In this document: piece by piece, positions 42,188 to 53,443 of the stretch
How the letters are laid out: each line of letters begins with the position of its first letter
How positions within the stretch are numbered: the stretch's first letter is position 1
NCBI GenBank assembly: GCA_040954595.2
Contig: CM082596.2
Span: forward strand, 10,002,461-10,066,460
Length of the DNA: 64,000 nt
From: Balanoglossus misakiensis
Lineage: Eukaryota; Animalia; Hemichordata
Direction: 5' to 3'
The notes under the pieces: generated by a model
Seen by the model: the letters and a program-made list of their open reading frames with translations, nothing else
Database searches by the model: none
What the model was told of the DNA's origin: nothing
Made by a program: the position numbers and the translations under genes

Positions 42188-43297
42188 CCCAAATGTCATA
42201 GCAGCTGCCCCTTTAAAACAATTTCTTTAAAAAATGTGTTTCTAATAGATTTGGTCAGGTGGAAAAGTATGTCACATACTGTTTTCACTGAACACTGATG
42301 TGGTTGCAATTTTATTGACACAAATTGAATCACACTATGCATCACATTAGACTTAGGGGTAAACCATTTTATATTTAGGAGAGTGCAGTTTAGTTTCTAC
42401 TCTGCCTATTCTCTGATGTTTTTTCTTTACTATTTGGCAGAGGCAAAATGCAGACTTGTTATGGAAGTGTTCCTAAGTAACTATGCATAAATTATTTCTA
42501 TTAATCTAAGCACATTATGTAAAATATAAATCAACCAGGTAGACTCATGTCTCCCCCTACAGTAATGGTGACAATTCTTTTTATAGTACCCAACTTACTC
42601 AAGTAAACACACTTAATGTTAGCAAACAGTCCTATAGATATAGCCTGGTCCCCTGTCCCATTCCTGCTGCTGGTAGTGACAGCAGGGTTAGAAAGTGGGC
42701 AGAGAACAAGAGTATCTTACAGGCCTCTTTCATGACCCCTGTGTGACCTTACATCCTGGTGATTTGTTGGTTTGACATCATTCATCATTCAATGTTGAAC
42801 AGCTAACCTTTTCTAACAGGCAATGTTCACCAGTTTTGTTCAAGGATGAGAAAAAATGCATTGATTCAATAGCATGGTTGGTAAACTCGAAATTGTATAC
42901 TCACACCGACAAAAAGCCAGGATGTAGAGGTCAAAAGGGGTCATAAAAGTGGCATGATATAGCACAGTTGCCAGTGGTGTAATGTTTATATGAACTGTGC
43001 AACTTCATTCATATTTCTTAGTGGCAGTAATGTTATTATAAATATAAACTGACATCTGAAATCACTTTGCGATGTCGAAATTCAGTGGGAAGAAACAAAC
43101 GCCAAAAGTTACCACATTTTATACTGACACTTATTTGTTTTGTACAGTTTACCCTATGGATCCAGCTATCATAGGAATAGGTGCAATAATTGTAGCTTTG
43201 GTGGGCTGGTTGATCGCTTATGGGCTTGATCAATCATCCCATCTAGGCTACAATTATTGCAGATATCATAGGAAGGGCACATTGGGAACCCCCCCCC

Positions 43298-43334
<37 letters not shown>

Positions 43335-43389
43335 TTGGGTGACAACACAATATATATATGATGCAGTCTACAAGTTGCACCGAAATATC

Positions 43390-44270
43390 TTTAGGTCCCA
43401 TTTGTATATACTGGTGGTACCTCATGAGATCGGTTGCGTCTGTATGGATGTATGTCCGTTCACATCAAAAACTTGAAAACCGCTGAGCATATAACCTCGA
43501 TATTTGGTGTGCAGATGCAGGCAGGGCTGTAGATGGGAGTTTGTTCAAATGAAATTGTTGGGAAAAACGTAAATTTGGCCAAAACTCAGAAACTCAACAA
43601 CCACTGGTCATATTGATTTGAAAATTGGTATGCATGTACCTTATATTTACCTCACACAGTTGTGTATGTTTTGAACTAATAGTTTGTATTTTCTATAATT
43701 TATGTATTTTTTTGTTTTTCCACATTTTTGGTAAAAAATCTACTTTTCTGGAATTGATGACCTGACTTCTTTGAAATTTAGTATGGGGCTTCATATAGGT
43801 GATGTGAGTTATCAAAGTTTTGTTTAAATTTGCTGCAAAATTTGCAAATTTATAATTTTGGTGCAAATTTTGCCTTTTTGATCATTTTTTTTCTGTAAAA
43901 CCGTTTGTCAGATTGCTTTGAAATTTGGTAGGCATAGAGATGTGTGTTTGTCAAATCAATTTGTAGAATTCAATAGTATATTTTTGGGGTGATTTTTGCC
44001 ATTTTTGGTCAAAACTCTTTCTCAGAACCCTCTACCCCATTGCTTTGAAATTTGATTTGAAGGTTCCATGGTGAGTTGTCATGATGATTTACAAAACCTA
44101 TGATGAAAGTGTCAATGTTTTGTGGGGGCAATGTCTTGTATTTTGGGGGTATATTTACCAATTTTGATAAAAAATTATATTTCTCAGAAAGTGTACACTG
44201 TATGGCTGATTTCTATAAATTTTAGTTGTAAGTTAATGGGATTGGCTTCTTTAGAATTATTATGAAATCA
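43390..44270. mobile_element. Helentron/DINE-1-like non-autonomous element (HINE), degenerate; right boundary approximate
   Basis: T-run, then stem-loop TAGGTCCCAT..., then GTCTGTATGGATGTATGTCC microsatellite, then degenerate internal repeats with recurring TTTGAAATTTGG; reverse-complement match to 46290-46545. Confidence 0.65.
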
Positions 44271-45184
44271 TATCATAGGTAATTTGGAATTTCTACTGGG
44301 CTTGCGTTTGATATTTTATTTTTTACGCGCAGTGCACGCAAAGAGCCAATTTTTTTTCTCGTGAAATTGTATTTGAATTACGTGCAACAAAGTAGCGATA
44401 GACAAGCAGGCTTTCAGATAAACATACTTGAATGAGTTCTCCCTTCATGTCTAGATGGCCAAACACAAAAAATATCATTTAGAATGTAGCGAATAAAGTA
44501 CATAAACATCATGAAAGAGACTGTGTACAGTGGTCCCCCCCCCCCCCCCCCGATACGTATTAAGTACAGACAAGGTATGGAATTCTTGTGTTATATCATC
44601 AAGGAAAATGACCCAGAAGCCCTACTTGCTTTGTTATATCTAATGGCTTCTGTGTGCATAAATTATAGCCTGACACGTGTCAAGTTTGTGGCCTAGGTTA
44701 CCGCACGTACATCATTGTGCGTCCTGCTACAGCATACAAGCGCGCGTACGCGTACATGTGTACAGGGCGCCTGACCGGCCAACCTTGACAAGGCGCCCCA
44801 GATAGCCTCGCCCGCTGTTATCTTTCAATGGATTTTTTTTGTGCGCATGTCACGCAACTGTGACAAAATATTTGCGCGCACACATTGTAGTTTTGTGTTA
44901 TTTAGTGTTATTTTAAATGGGTGTCACACCGATTTAATCAGCCTCCATTCAAAGAGTACACAACAGTCGTGTTATGCATTAATTAGCAAAAGATGATAAA
45001 CTGATGCGGATACAATCAATATAGCTTAATGGTGATGATTCTAAAGCAGAAGGCTAATTGTCATTAGTATCATACATGCAGAGCCTGAATTTGCCACTTT
45101 CTATTGTTCTCACCAAATTTAGTGTAATAACCCCTAAGTACCACCCTCTAATTTTAAAGAACACTAATTATGGAAGCCCATTAA

Positions 45185-45269
45185 CCCTTTCACAACCAAG
45201 GTTCAGTCAAAACCCATTGTTTTCTATGAAAAGGTTTGACCTGCATAGAAGGAACTTGGGGTGAAAGGG
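45185..45269. mobile_element. 85-bp piggyBac-type MITE
   Basis: TTAA|CCCTTTCAC...GTGAAAGGG|TTAA; diverged second copy at 47459-47543. Confidence 0.75.
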
Positions 45270-45747
45270 TTAAAGGGACAAAGTCGCTCTTTTTGACTTT
45301 TGACTCACTTGCTTTTATTAGAGGTTCCTACCTTTAAATGTTTCATAAAATGTTTAATCAAATCTGTCTACAATCAGAGTAGACATTGTTTACATATACC
45401 TTTTGTTAAATGATTGTTGTTGTATTTCAGATTGTTGTCAGGAGCAGGTGAGAAATATGGTATGATTTCTGAAGGTCTGAGTACTGCATTGCAGTTATTT
45501 GACGATATGAAGAGGTTACGATATTCAAGGTAATTATGGTAAAATTCTGAGTTTCAAGATCATTCTCTACATATGGCCCTGACTTTTTTTGGTGGTTTAT
45601 CTGTTTTTGTAAAGTTCACCATGTCAACCAGGAAATGATTCCATACAGACAGTGGAGTACAACTGAGATGTGAAGTACATTGAAACCTGCCTAGGAAGGA
45701 CACCTCTGGGACCACAAAATGTGTCCTTAATAGAGAGGTGTCCTTAA

Positions 45748-46572
45748 AGGGACAAATTCTCTCCCTCGCTGCCCCTTTTCCATGAATTAGGTTTGTTACA
45801 GGGCACCATTTCTGTTATTCTCCATGTGGATATATAGTGAATCAATGTTTCACCACACACAACTTCAACCCTGCTTGTAGCCACCAGAGTGATAAAAAAC
45901 ACACGCCAATAATCGGTCTCTATCATTTATTCATTTTATGCGAGTTTTTATGCTCATATCATTCAAGTGGGATGGAAATTGTGTATGGTTGAACGTTCAT
46001 TAACTACATATACACATGTACATTAATATAAAATGTCTCTTGTATCAAACATAATGGAAAAAATCGCGTCAAGGACACAGTGGTCCCATTGAGGGAATAC
46101 ACAAGAAAAAGTCTACACCGGAGTAAATGGCGATATACTGACAGACACACACACTAAATAGAACAGCTGGCCTCTTTAAAACTTAGCCAGTTATGTAATC
46201 ATTCAGGAATTTCCTGTGTATATAAACAACTCAATAAAGTAAATACACACCACTTCGCAAAGCAATCTGACCAGTAGTTCTTGAGTTACTGAGTTTTGAC
46301 TAAGTTCACATTTTTCCAGCTAATTTGCATATTTTTGGCAACGAAAACTTCATTTGAACAAACTCCCATCTACAGCCCAGCCTGCATGTGCACACCAAAT
46401 ATCAAGGTGATACACACAGTGGTTTTCAAGTTTTTGATGTGGACGGACATACATCCATACATCCATCCATACATACATACATACAGATGCAACCAATCCC
46501 ATAAGGTCCCATGGTATATAGGCCTATACCAATGGGACCTAAAAAGGGCAGCGAGAGAGAGATTTTGTCCCT
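45748..46572. mobile_element. Kolobok-type MITE nested in the pogo-like MITE
   Basis: TTAA TSD (45744-45747, 46573-46576); ~30-bp imperfect TIR AGGGACAAAWTCTCTCYCTCGCTGCCC. Confidence 0.75.
46290..46545. mobile_element. Helentron/DINE-like fragment nested in the Kolobok-type MITE
   Basis: (CATA/CATC)n microsatellite, then stem-loop AGGTCCCAT-GGTATA...TATACC-AATGGGACCT, then an A-run; inverted homolog of 43390-43560. Confidence 0.65.
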
Positions 46573-46804
46573 TTAACAGAAATGTGCATGTAATATTCTA
46601 TTCAAACCATTACTCTTGTCTTGAACAATCTTTCCTTAATAGAAAGGTGTCCTGATTAGAGAGATGTCTGTATTAATTGACAGGTTTCACTGTATTATCA
46701 ACATTTTCAGTTTCATAATCCTTCTGGATGTCTTTGTCAGAAAATTTTGACAGCAGCCAAAACTTTCTCTGCCATACTCACAATAAGAGAAAGCTTGCAC
46801 CTGT

Positions 46805-47009
46805 GTGTAAAACGGGTTATTTTCGCAAGCAATTAATTTTTGCGAAATAGGCGAGAGCCAACAAAATGTGAAAAGAAAAAGTTGCGTAAAATGTTTTTCG
46901 GAGATAAAGATGCAATGAAATACAAGAACATGAAAATTAATCCTCGCATAACAGTTGACTCTTTTAATATCGCGAACATTTCCTGTCACGAAAATAATCC
47001 GTTTTACAG
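46805..47009. mobile_element. ~200-bp MITE (CTGTAAAAC...GTTTTACAG termini, TA flank)
   Basis: TGTAAAACGGGTTATTTTCG pairs with CGAAAATAATCCGTTTTACA; second family copy at 62983-63173 shares GCGAACATTTCCTGTCAC. Confidence 0.7.
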
Positions 47010-47010
47010 T

Positions 47011-47163
47011 AATATTGAAGGTCAGAATGCTTTTGATGAGAGAACAATACACCAGTTGCAAAGTATCTTGACTAACATAAAAATGATGGTATTTTCTGAA
47101 GAAGATATATTCTCGCAGTTGGTGTTTTGTTTCCTCATCAAAAGCATTCTGACCTTCAATATT
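47011..47163. repeat. Foldback/inverted repeat (hairpin MITE)
   Basis: AATATTGAAGGTCAGAATGCTTTTGATGAG pairs perfectly (30 bp) with CTCATCAAAAGCATTCTGACCTTCAATATT. Confidence 0.85.
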
Positions 47164-47458
47164 ATTCTGTTGAGCTATACATGCAATCTAGTCTGATCAG
47201 AGATGATTATATCATCGACAATAGATCCTGGATACTAAAAGAGCATAAAATGACTGCGACAGATACCTTGTTAGTTGTAACAGGTGTGAAATAAGAATTT
47301 GGATAACACTGACAGTATTTTGGCTATTGTTGGGGGGTGGGGTGGAGCAATAAGTGATTTTGAAACCCCATGTAACACCTGTCTTACCATTAATATGACT
47401 GCATTTATGGTACCATAAGGAATGTTAACAAAATGACTGGGGAACCCTGGTTACATTA

Positions 47459-47543
47459 CCCTGATCACCACAATGGTTCAGTCCAACTGCATTGTTTTCT
47501 ATGTTAAGGTTGGAGCACTGAAGAGGAAATTGGGGTGGAAGGG
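47459..47543. mobile_element. Diverged copy of the 85-bp piggyBac-type MITE
   Basis: Shares GGTTCAGTC, CATTGTTTTCTATG and TTGGGGTGRAAGGG|TTAA with 45185-45273. Confidence 0.6.
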
Positions 47544-47892
47544 TTAAAAAAAACACTGACTGACAATACTGCCAATAACAAAATATTGTTTTATCTTCTC
47601 TTTGTATACAGCGCACCAATATAGAAACATTGTATATTGATCTGAACTCTCCTCCATATCCTTTGCCAAGTCAAGGTAGTATTAATTACAGTGGATTTAC
47701 TGTAGAACAATTGGCTGCCATGTTGGGTGAGGTAAGTAAGCGATGTAAAACATTTCATACAACACTGCATACTAACAATAGTCATATCAACCTGACAAGG
47801 GAAGATGAAAAAAGCCTAAGCCCCTTTGAACAGCTGTATTTTCTTGGAATGTGGTTTTATAATACACTTTGATTGATTCCCTTACGAAAAAG

Positions 47893-48848
47893 TTCTATAG
47901 AACTTCTATTGCTTTTCAATAAAAATTTCTATTAAGAATCAATGGATATTCCATGGAAACTCAATGGAATTTCTATGGAAATTCTATTGACTTCTATGGA
48001 CTTTTGGCCACTTTTCAATTAAACTTCTATAGAAGAGATATAGATTTCAATTGATTTTCTATAGAAGAGATATAGATTTCAATTGATATTCTATTGATTT
48101 TCTATAGAAGAGTTATCGATGTGTATTGATTTTCTATAGAAGAGATATAGATTTCAATTGATTTTCTATTGAACTTCTATAGAAGAGTTATAGATGTGTA
48201 TTGATTTTCTATAGAAGAGATATAGATTTCAATTGATATTCTATTGATTTTCTATAGAAGAGTTATCGATGTGTATTGATTTTCTATAGAAGAGATATAG
48301 ATTTCAATTGATTTTCTATTGAACTTCTATAAAAGAGTTATAGATGTGTATTGATTTTCTATAGAAGAGATATAGATTTCAATTGATATTCTATTGATTT
48401 TCTATAGAAGAGTTATCGATGTGTATTGATTTTCTATAGAAGAGATCTAGATTTCAATTGATTTTCTATTGAACTTCTATAAAAGCGTTATAGATGTGTA
48501 TTGATTTTCTATAGAAGAGATATATATTTCAATTGATATTCTATTGATTTTCTATAGAAGAGTTATCGATGTGTATTGATTTTCTATAGAAGAGATATAG
48601 ATTTCAATTGATATTCTATTGATTTTCTATAGAAAAGTTATCGATGTGTATTGATTTTCTATCGAAGAGATCTAGATTTCCATTGATATGCTATTGATTT
48701 TCTATAGAAGAGATATAGATTTCAATTGATTTTCTATTTAACTTCTATAAAAGAGTTATAGATGTGTATTGATTTTCTATAGAAGAGATATAGATTTCAA
48801 TTGATTTTCTATTGAACTTCTATAGAAGAGTTATAGATGTGTATTGAT
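47893..48848. repeat. Left subterminal repeat array of the transposon (short units, 150-bp higher-order period)
   Basis: Recurrent TTCTATAGAA, TTCAATTGA and TTCTATTGA; the sequence at 48121 recurs at 48271 and 48421. Confidence 0.95.
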
Positions 48849-49173
48849 CCTGTATTATCTGGTTACCAAAGACAGAGGGGTGGGATTGGGGCAAAAAGAT
48901 TGATATTTATAAAAAAAAATACTTCACTGAATACTCAGCATATTCTTTCAGTCTGTTGTTTAATATTAACACATAAATGTGCTAAATACAGTGTTGCCTC
49001 AGTCAAATTAGTTTTCTGCTGGCTTTCAGTGAAATATTTGAGAAAAAACCAACATACTCATCAAATTAAAACTTAACATTTTATTGCAATAAATCAATAA
49101 AAAAGGTGACATGAAAAATAGAGTTTAAATAAATAAAGATAAGCAAAACACATAAATGAAACAGTTAACCACA

Positions 49174-52100
49174 CTACTTGTGTTTTGCTTCGGAGTAAAT
49201 TTCCATTTTAATGTACTGCTCCACCTCAGCAACCTTGCAGTCAAACTTGCTGCATACAATATCTGTGGGGAAACACAGAAAAATAATTGCTGAATGAAAT
49301 TGTACTGAACCAAAGCTCAAACCTTAGAGATGTCTTTGTTTGCCATACTATATTTTTTTTTCTAAAACCTAACCGCCAGAAACAAAGAACAAACTAAATG
49401 AAAATATATCAAGGTTACGGTAGAGAGAATGGTATATTTGATTTGCAGTCCCTTAAACGCTTTTACAACTTTTTAAAGATGGCCTATCTCATTCCACATA
49501 CACGTCTCCATTAGCAGACCAAAGCAGATTTTGCAAAAGCACTGCAAAATTTGCACCCTATCTACAGCAGGTTACACTATGTTAAAGAGGTATACATCAC
49601 TGATCACTCCAAATATACAAAATGCCAATATATCTTTGTGTATTCCTATGACCTAAAATAGCAAATTAATAATTGGAGATGATAAGTAACTTAATACCTA
49701 CATACCTTTAATGGCTCTTATTTTGTCGGCATCCAGCGCTGGTTTGGGTAAAGAACCCTTGACTGAGTTGCACACTCTGCCACTATACGAATGAGTCCTG
49801 AGTGTTTCCCTATCAAACACCACTGCCATCAAATCATACGTCATTTTCTTCGCTGTTGATTCGTCAACGCGGCTCAGCTGCTTGGCAGTTACTATCATCT
49901 CATCATTGACCAAAATCTGAAAAAGACCAAAATAATTGGTAACACTAGAGGCAGACACAAAATAAATATGATTTCTGTCATAGAAAACCTGATAAAATAG
50001 AAAGTACAGTAAAAACTCTATCACAGAGTTCTTACAATACTTTCTATTTTCTATGAAATCAACAGCTCTAACAATACAACCACATTTTCCATGGAAGTAA
50101 AGTTGCAGAGCCATGATCTGTTCTAAACAGAGTTGCAATCATCAGGTCTGCAGATAAATAAACAAAAACTATATGACCAAAATAATTAAATTCTTTGTTT
50201 TGCATCCACTCAGATTTTGATAGGTAAGTGCACAAGTTCAGAAACACAGAAATTTTTAACAGGTAAATTTAATATTTACTCGATAGTTTCCATGTAATAC
50301 AAGCACCTTATCAAGAATCCCAGCAGAAACTAATTTTTCACCCTGTTAAGTTGCACTCAAATGTGACATTCTGCAAGCATGCAGGTGTTCCAATCACATT
50401 TCCCAAAGCATGTATACAAAAAATTTGCAGGCAGAAAAGTTTTTTTCATGAAATCTCGCAAAACATACACATGCAGAACAAAGAATTTTCTTACTTAGGC
50501 CATATGGTTGAACCTAAGAAGCAGAAGTATTATTTGAATGACTATGACTATGTCTATGCAGATTCCTGAAATCACACATTCATGATAAATTGAAATAGAT
50601 ATCAACAGTTACCTCTTCACTGTTCAATGGGGCATCATGTGTTCCACTGGAGTTATTTGTCTTTGAGACTGCAGGTGCACCAGTCTTTACACCAAATGTT
50701 CTTTTTACATCAGCAATTTGTCCAAGCAGGCCAGGTAACTCTATACCATTTGAAAAGATTAGAAAATAGAGGTATAGGACATATGTTTATTGATTTAACT
50801 CCAATAGTTCATAGGAAAAGGAATAAAAAAGAGACAATCCTGGCAAGAAAATATTGTTAACCAATAAGACAGTGGACCATCATCCATAAACAAAATTATT
50901 TTAATTGTGGTGAACTGAGATGTTTACATACTGACCAGCATTATCAAACTATTGTCAAGTAACTACAAAACACATAGTTTGAGAAAGCTGGTCACAAATG
51001 AAGGCTTTCATTGGTGCTGAAAAAGGTAAGTTACAGCTTGCCCAGCTTAGTCATCATGTACAAGTGAATAAATTAAATGTTTTTCATTTATAAATTAATT
51101 ATGGTAACATTTTACTTTGTATTTCAAAACATATATGGAGTCCTTGATACTTCAATTTCTCGTCAAAAAAATGCTGAAAATGATGTTCTTTTGTGATATT
51201 CATGAGTATTTTCAAAAACAATCATTCTGTGGCATATTTTGGCTGTTGACTTTTGATATTTCTAAAAATAAAACCAAAAGAACACTGACAAAATAATTTG
51301 ATTCAGCTAAAACCTACTCATTGCATTAAAAATATACAAGAACTAAAACAATCCACTGACTTTATTCAATGCGTGTATCAATATTCTTTTACCTTTTAAC
51401 ACTCGAAGAGAATAGCGTAGTGCAGCATTTTCCTCCTTCAATTCCCTTATTTCTTGGTGTAGCTTGTCCTCATCATAGCCTTCTGAGCCACTGGACACTG
51501 GTGTTGAAGCACGGAATGAACTCTAGAATGCAGAGGAACATTAATGAAATAGACTAAAAATCACAGTTGTCAACAATAACAACACAGTTCATACATGGAT
51601 TTCAACATGCTTGTGATATTTACCCATCAACAGCACTGAACTGCAGTCACTTTTTGATGGAAATATTATTAGTTTCAATAATTGCATAACTTTGCTCACA
51701 TTTTAAAGATACATTTTGCAGGGGTTGCGTTAACCCCATATTTTGCTTCCCGAACTTTTCAGGGGGACTCTTACTTTTTACACAGAGGGGTCCCATCTCT
51801 CACATAAATACAAAAATTTTAATTTCCTGTCTTTAATTTCATGTGACAGGGACTCATTCTGAGCAAACACTAGTGCAATCCCTGTTTCATAATTAAGCCA
51901 CACAAGCTCACAACACTCTCTTATACGTCAGCATTATTTTAGCTTTTGTGCAAGTTTGGAAGTAAAAGTATATGCTTCAGGGGCAGAAATTGTAGCGTAT
52001 GACATTGCCAGTACTTACAGACTTAAGTGACTGGACATCCTCCTCCATTTTTTTACGAACTTCAGATGTCTTCTTGCTTTCTAACTTTCTCAGCAAATTT

Positions 52101-53004
52101 AAAGACGAATTCTTTTGGCTGATCTTCTTTTTTTTTATTCAAGTTATTTTTTTCCTGAAAAAGAAATGAAATGATTATTGTGAGATACTTCTGAACACTT
52201 GGCATGGAGTTTTGAAAATGGGTGTTTATATTGACAACGAGAAATTAATATCATCTGTACCTAGATAAATCATATTGAATTCTGCATCAGCCACATGGTA
52301 GTTAAATATCAACTTACCGGTACATAATCATCTTCATCATCTTCGCTGTCGGTGTAGATTCTCTTTGGTGCCTTTTCACGTTTCCCCCGTCCATATTCTG
52401 GAGTCTTAATGTTTGTGTTCACCCCTTTTTTGACATAGACGTTGGCTAGTCGCAACAGCTCCTGCCTGTCATCTGTAAAGATAAACATTATGACCTGGTT
52501 GTGAAAAACACACACACACACACAACTGAATGAGAAACTTTTGCTGACGATCAAAAATGCACAACACAAACCACGTAAAAAAATTGTGTCACAAAGTAAA
52601 ACAAAGGGGTTGCTGGCTTTCCTGGCAACTTGTTTTGTTATGCAAATAGTATAACAATGAACAGGAAGTAAACAAGCTGTGTTTGGTTCAAGGGAGCCCA
52701 AGACCCTGGGATCGAGATAAAGGTAACTTTCTACAATGAACGTCTTCAACATTGGGAAATGTTTCTACCTGACACGTTTTTTTTGAGTTTTGAAAAAATC
52801 CAAACAATTCTTACCGCTAAACTTGATAACTCTTGCTACATATCTCGCCGGATCTCTTCCTGCCTTCTTTGATGGCCACTGGACAGCACAATCTTCGTCG
52901 AAGTCAAAACTCATAACGTCGTCTTCATCGAGATCTTCTATCCAATTCGTCTCACCAACTTCAACACTCTTTTCTTCGTAAAAATCAAATAAAGCGTACT
53001 TCAT
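49174..53004 (-). CDS. 7-exon BEN-domain protein (BEND5-like: N-terminal domain, basic/acidic linker, coiled coil, C-terminal BEN), ~345 aa after removing one extra A in exon 3
   Basis: Exons (-): 53004-52815, 52472-52318, 52154-52019, 51522-51393, 50740-50613, 49916-49706, 49262-49174. All introns are GT-AG with phases 1,0,0,1,0,1. BEN-like segment KKMTYDLMAVVFDRETLRTHSYSG...KPALDADKIRAIKDIVCSKFDCKVAEVEQYIK; coiled coil DKLHQEIRELKEENAALRYSL; AATAAA on - at 49080-49085; +1 frameshift, most simply in the A9 run 52128-52136. Confidence 0.85.
51719..51884. mobile_element. Possible hAT-like MITE in intron 3 of the BEN gene
   Basis: CAGGGGTTGC...GCAATCCCTG termini; no clear TSD. Confidence 0.35.
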
Positions 53005-53443
53005 GGTGACTAGATCGACGTTCGTAAATAGAGAAATCTTAAGCGGAGCTGGTAGCGAGTGACGCGTGGTGTGTCTTCGGTGGTTACTGAATCAGCTGTA
53101 AAAGGTCAGGAGTTCGCCGACTATTTATTTACCTTGATGCATGCTGGGTAAGAAATGCGGGCGTTTATGAGAAGAGTCAAAGGTCATGCAGTAGGTCATG
53201 TGATTTTAAAATACAGCATTTCTTAGAGCTGAGATGTTATTTGAAAAAAAAACACGTTAAGATATCATTCACTTTATTTTGAAACGCCAAAATTCACCTT
53301 AAAGTAGTACCACAGATCGATCGGAACGTTAAAATTTGTACTTGAGATGATGCCATATCTATCACCCAGCATGCACCGCAGTCACCGACGCTTGCACAGC
53401 TGATTCACTAGATCATCAGATCGCTGTTCGTCGCAGAAGAGAC
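53005..53443. promoter_or_regulatory. Bidirectional promoter between the BEN gene and the transposase, with mirror-image motif pairs
   Basis: TGAATCAGCTGT (53088-53099) pairs with ACAGCTGATTCA (53396-53407); TGCATGCTGGGT (53138-53149) pairs with ACCCAGCATGCA (53364-53375); divergent ATGs at 53004 and 53444; CpG-rich. Confidence 0.7.

Larger units (their letters stand above)
45678..46692. mobile_element. pogo/Tigger-like MITE, split by a nested insertion
   Basis: TA|CATTGAAACCTG...CAGGTTTCACTG|TA; internal CCTTAATAGARAGGTGTCC repeats on both sides of the insert. Confidence 0.75.

Noticed and set aside
44296-44890. CpG-rich stretch as a hAT-like element or promoter
   Set aside because: Could not pair termini or find a TSD; left unannotated
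46296-47196. ORFs of 118-124 aa
   Set aside because: They run through MITE and hairpin sequence; no protein-like features
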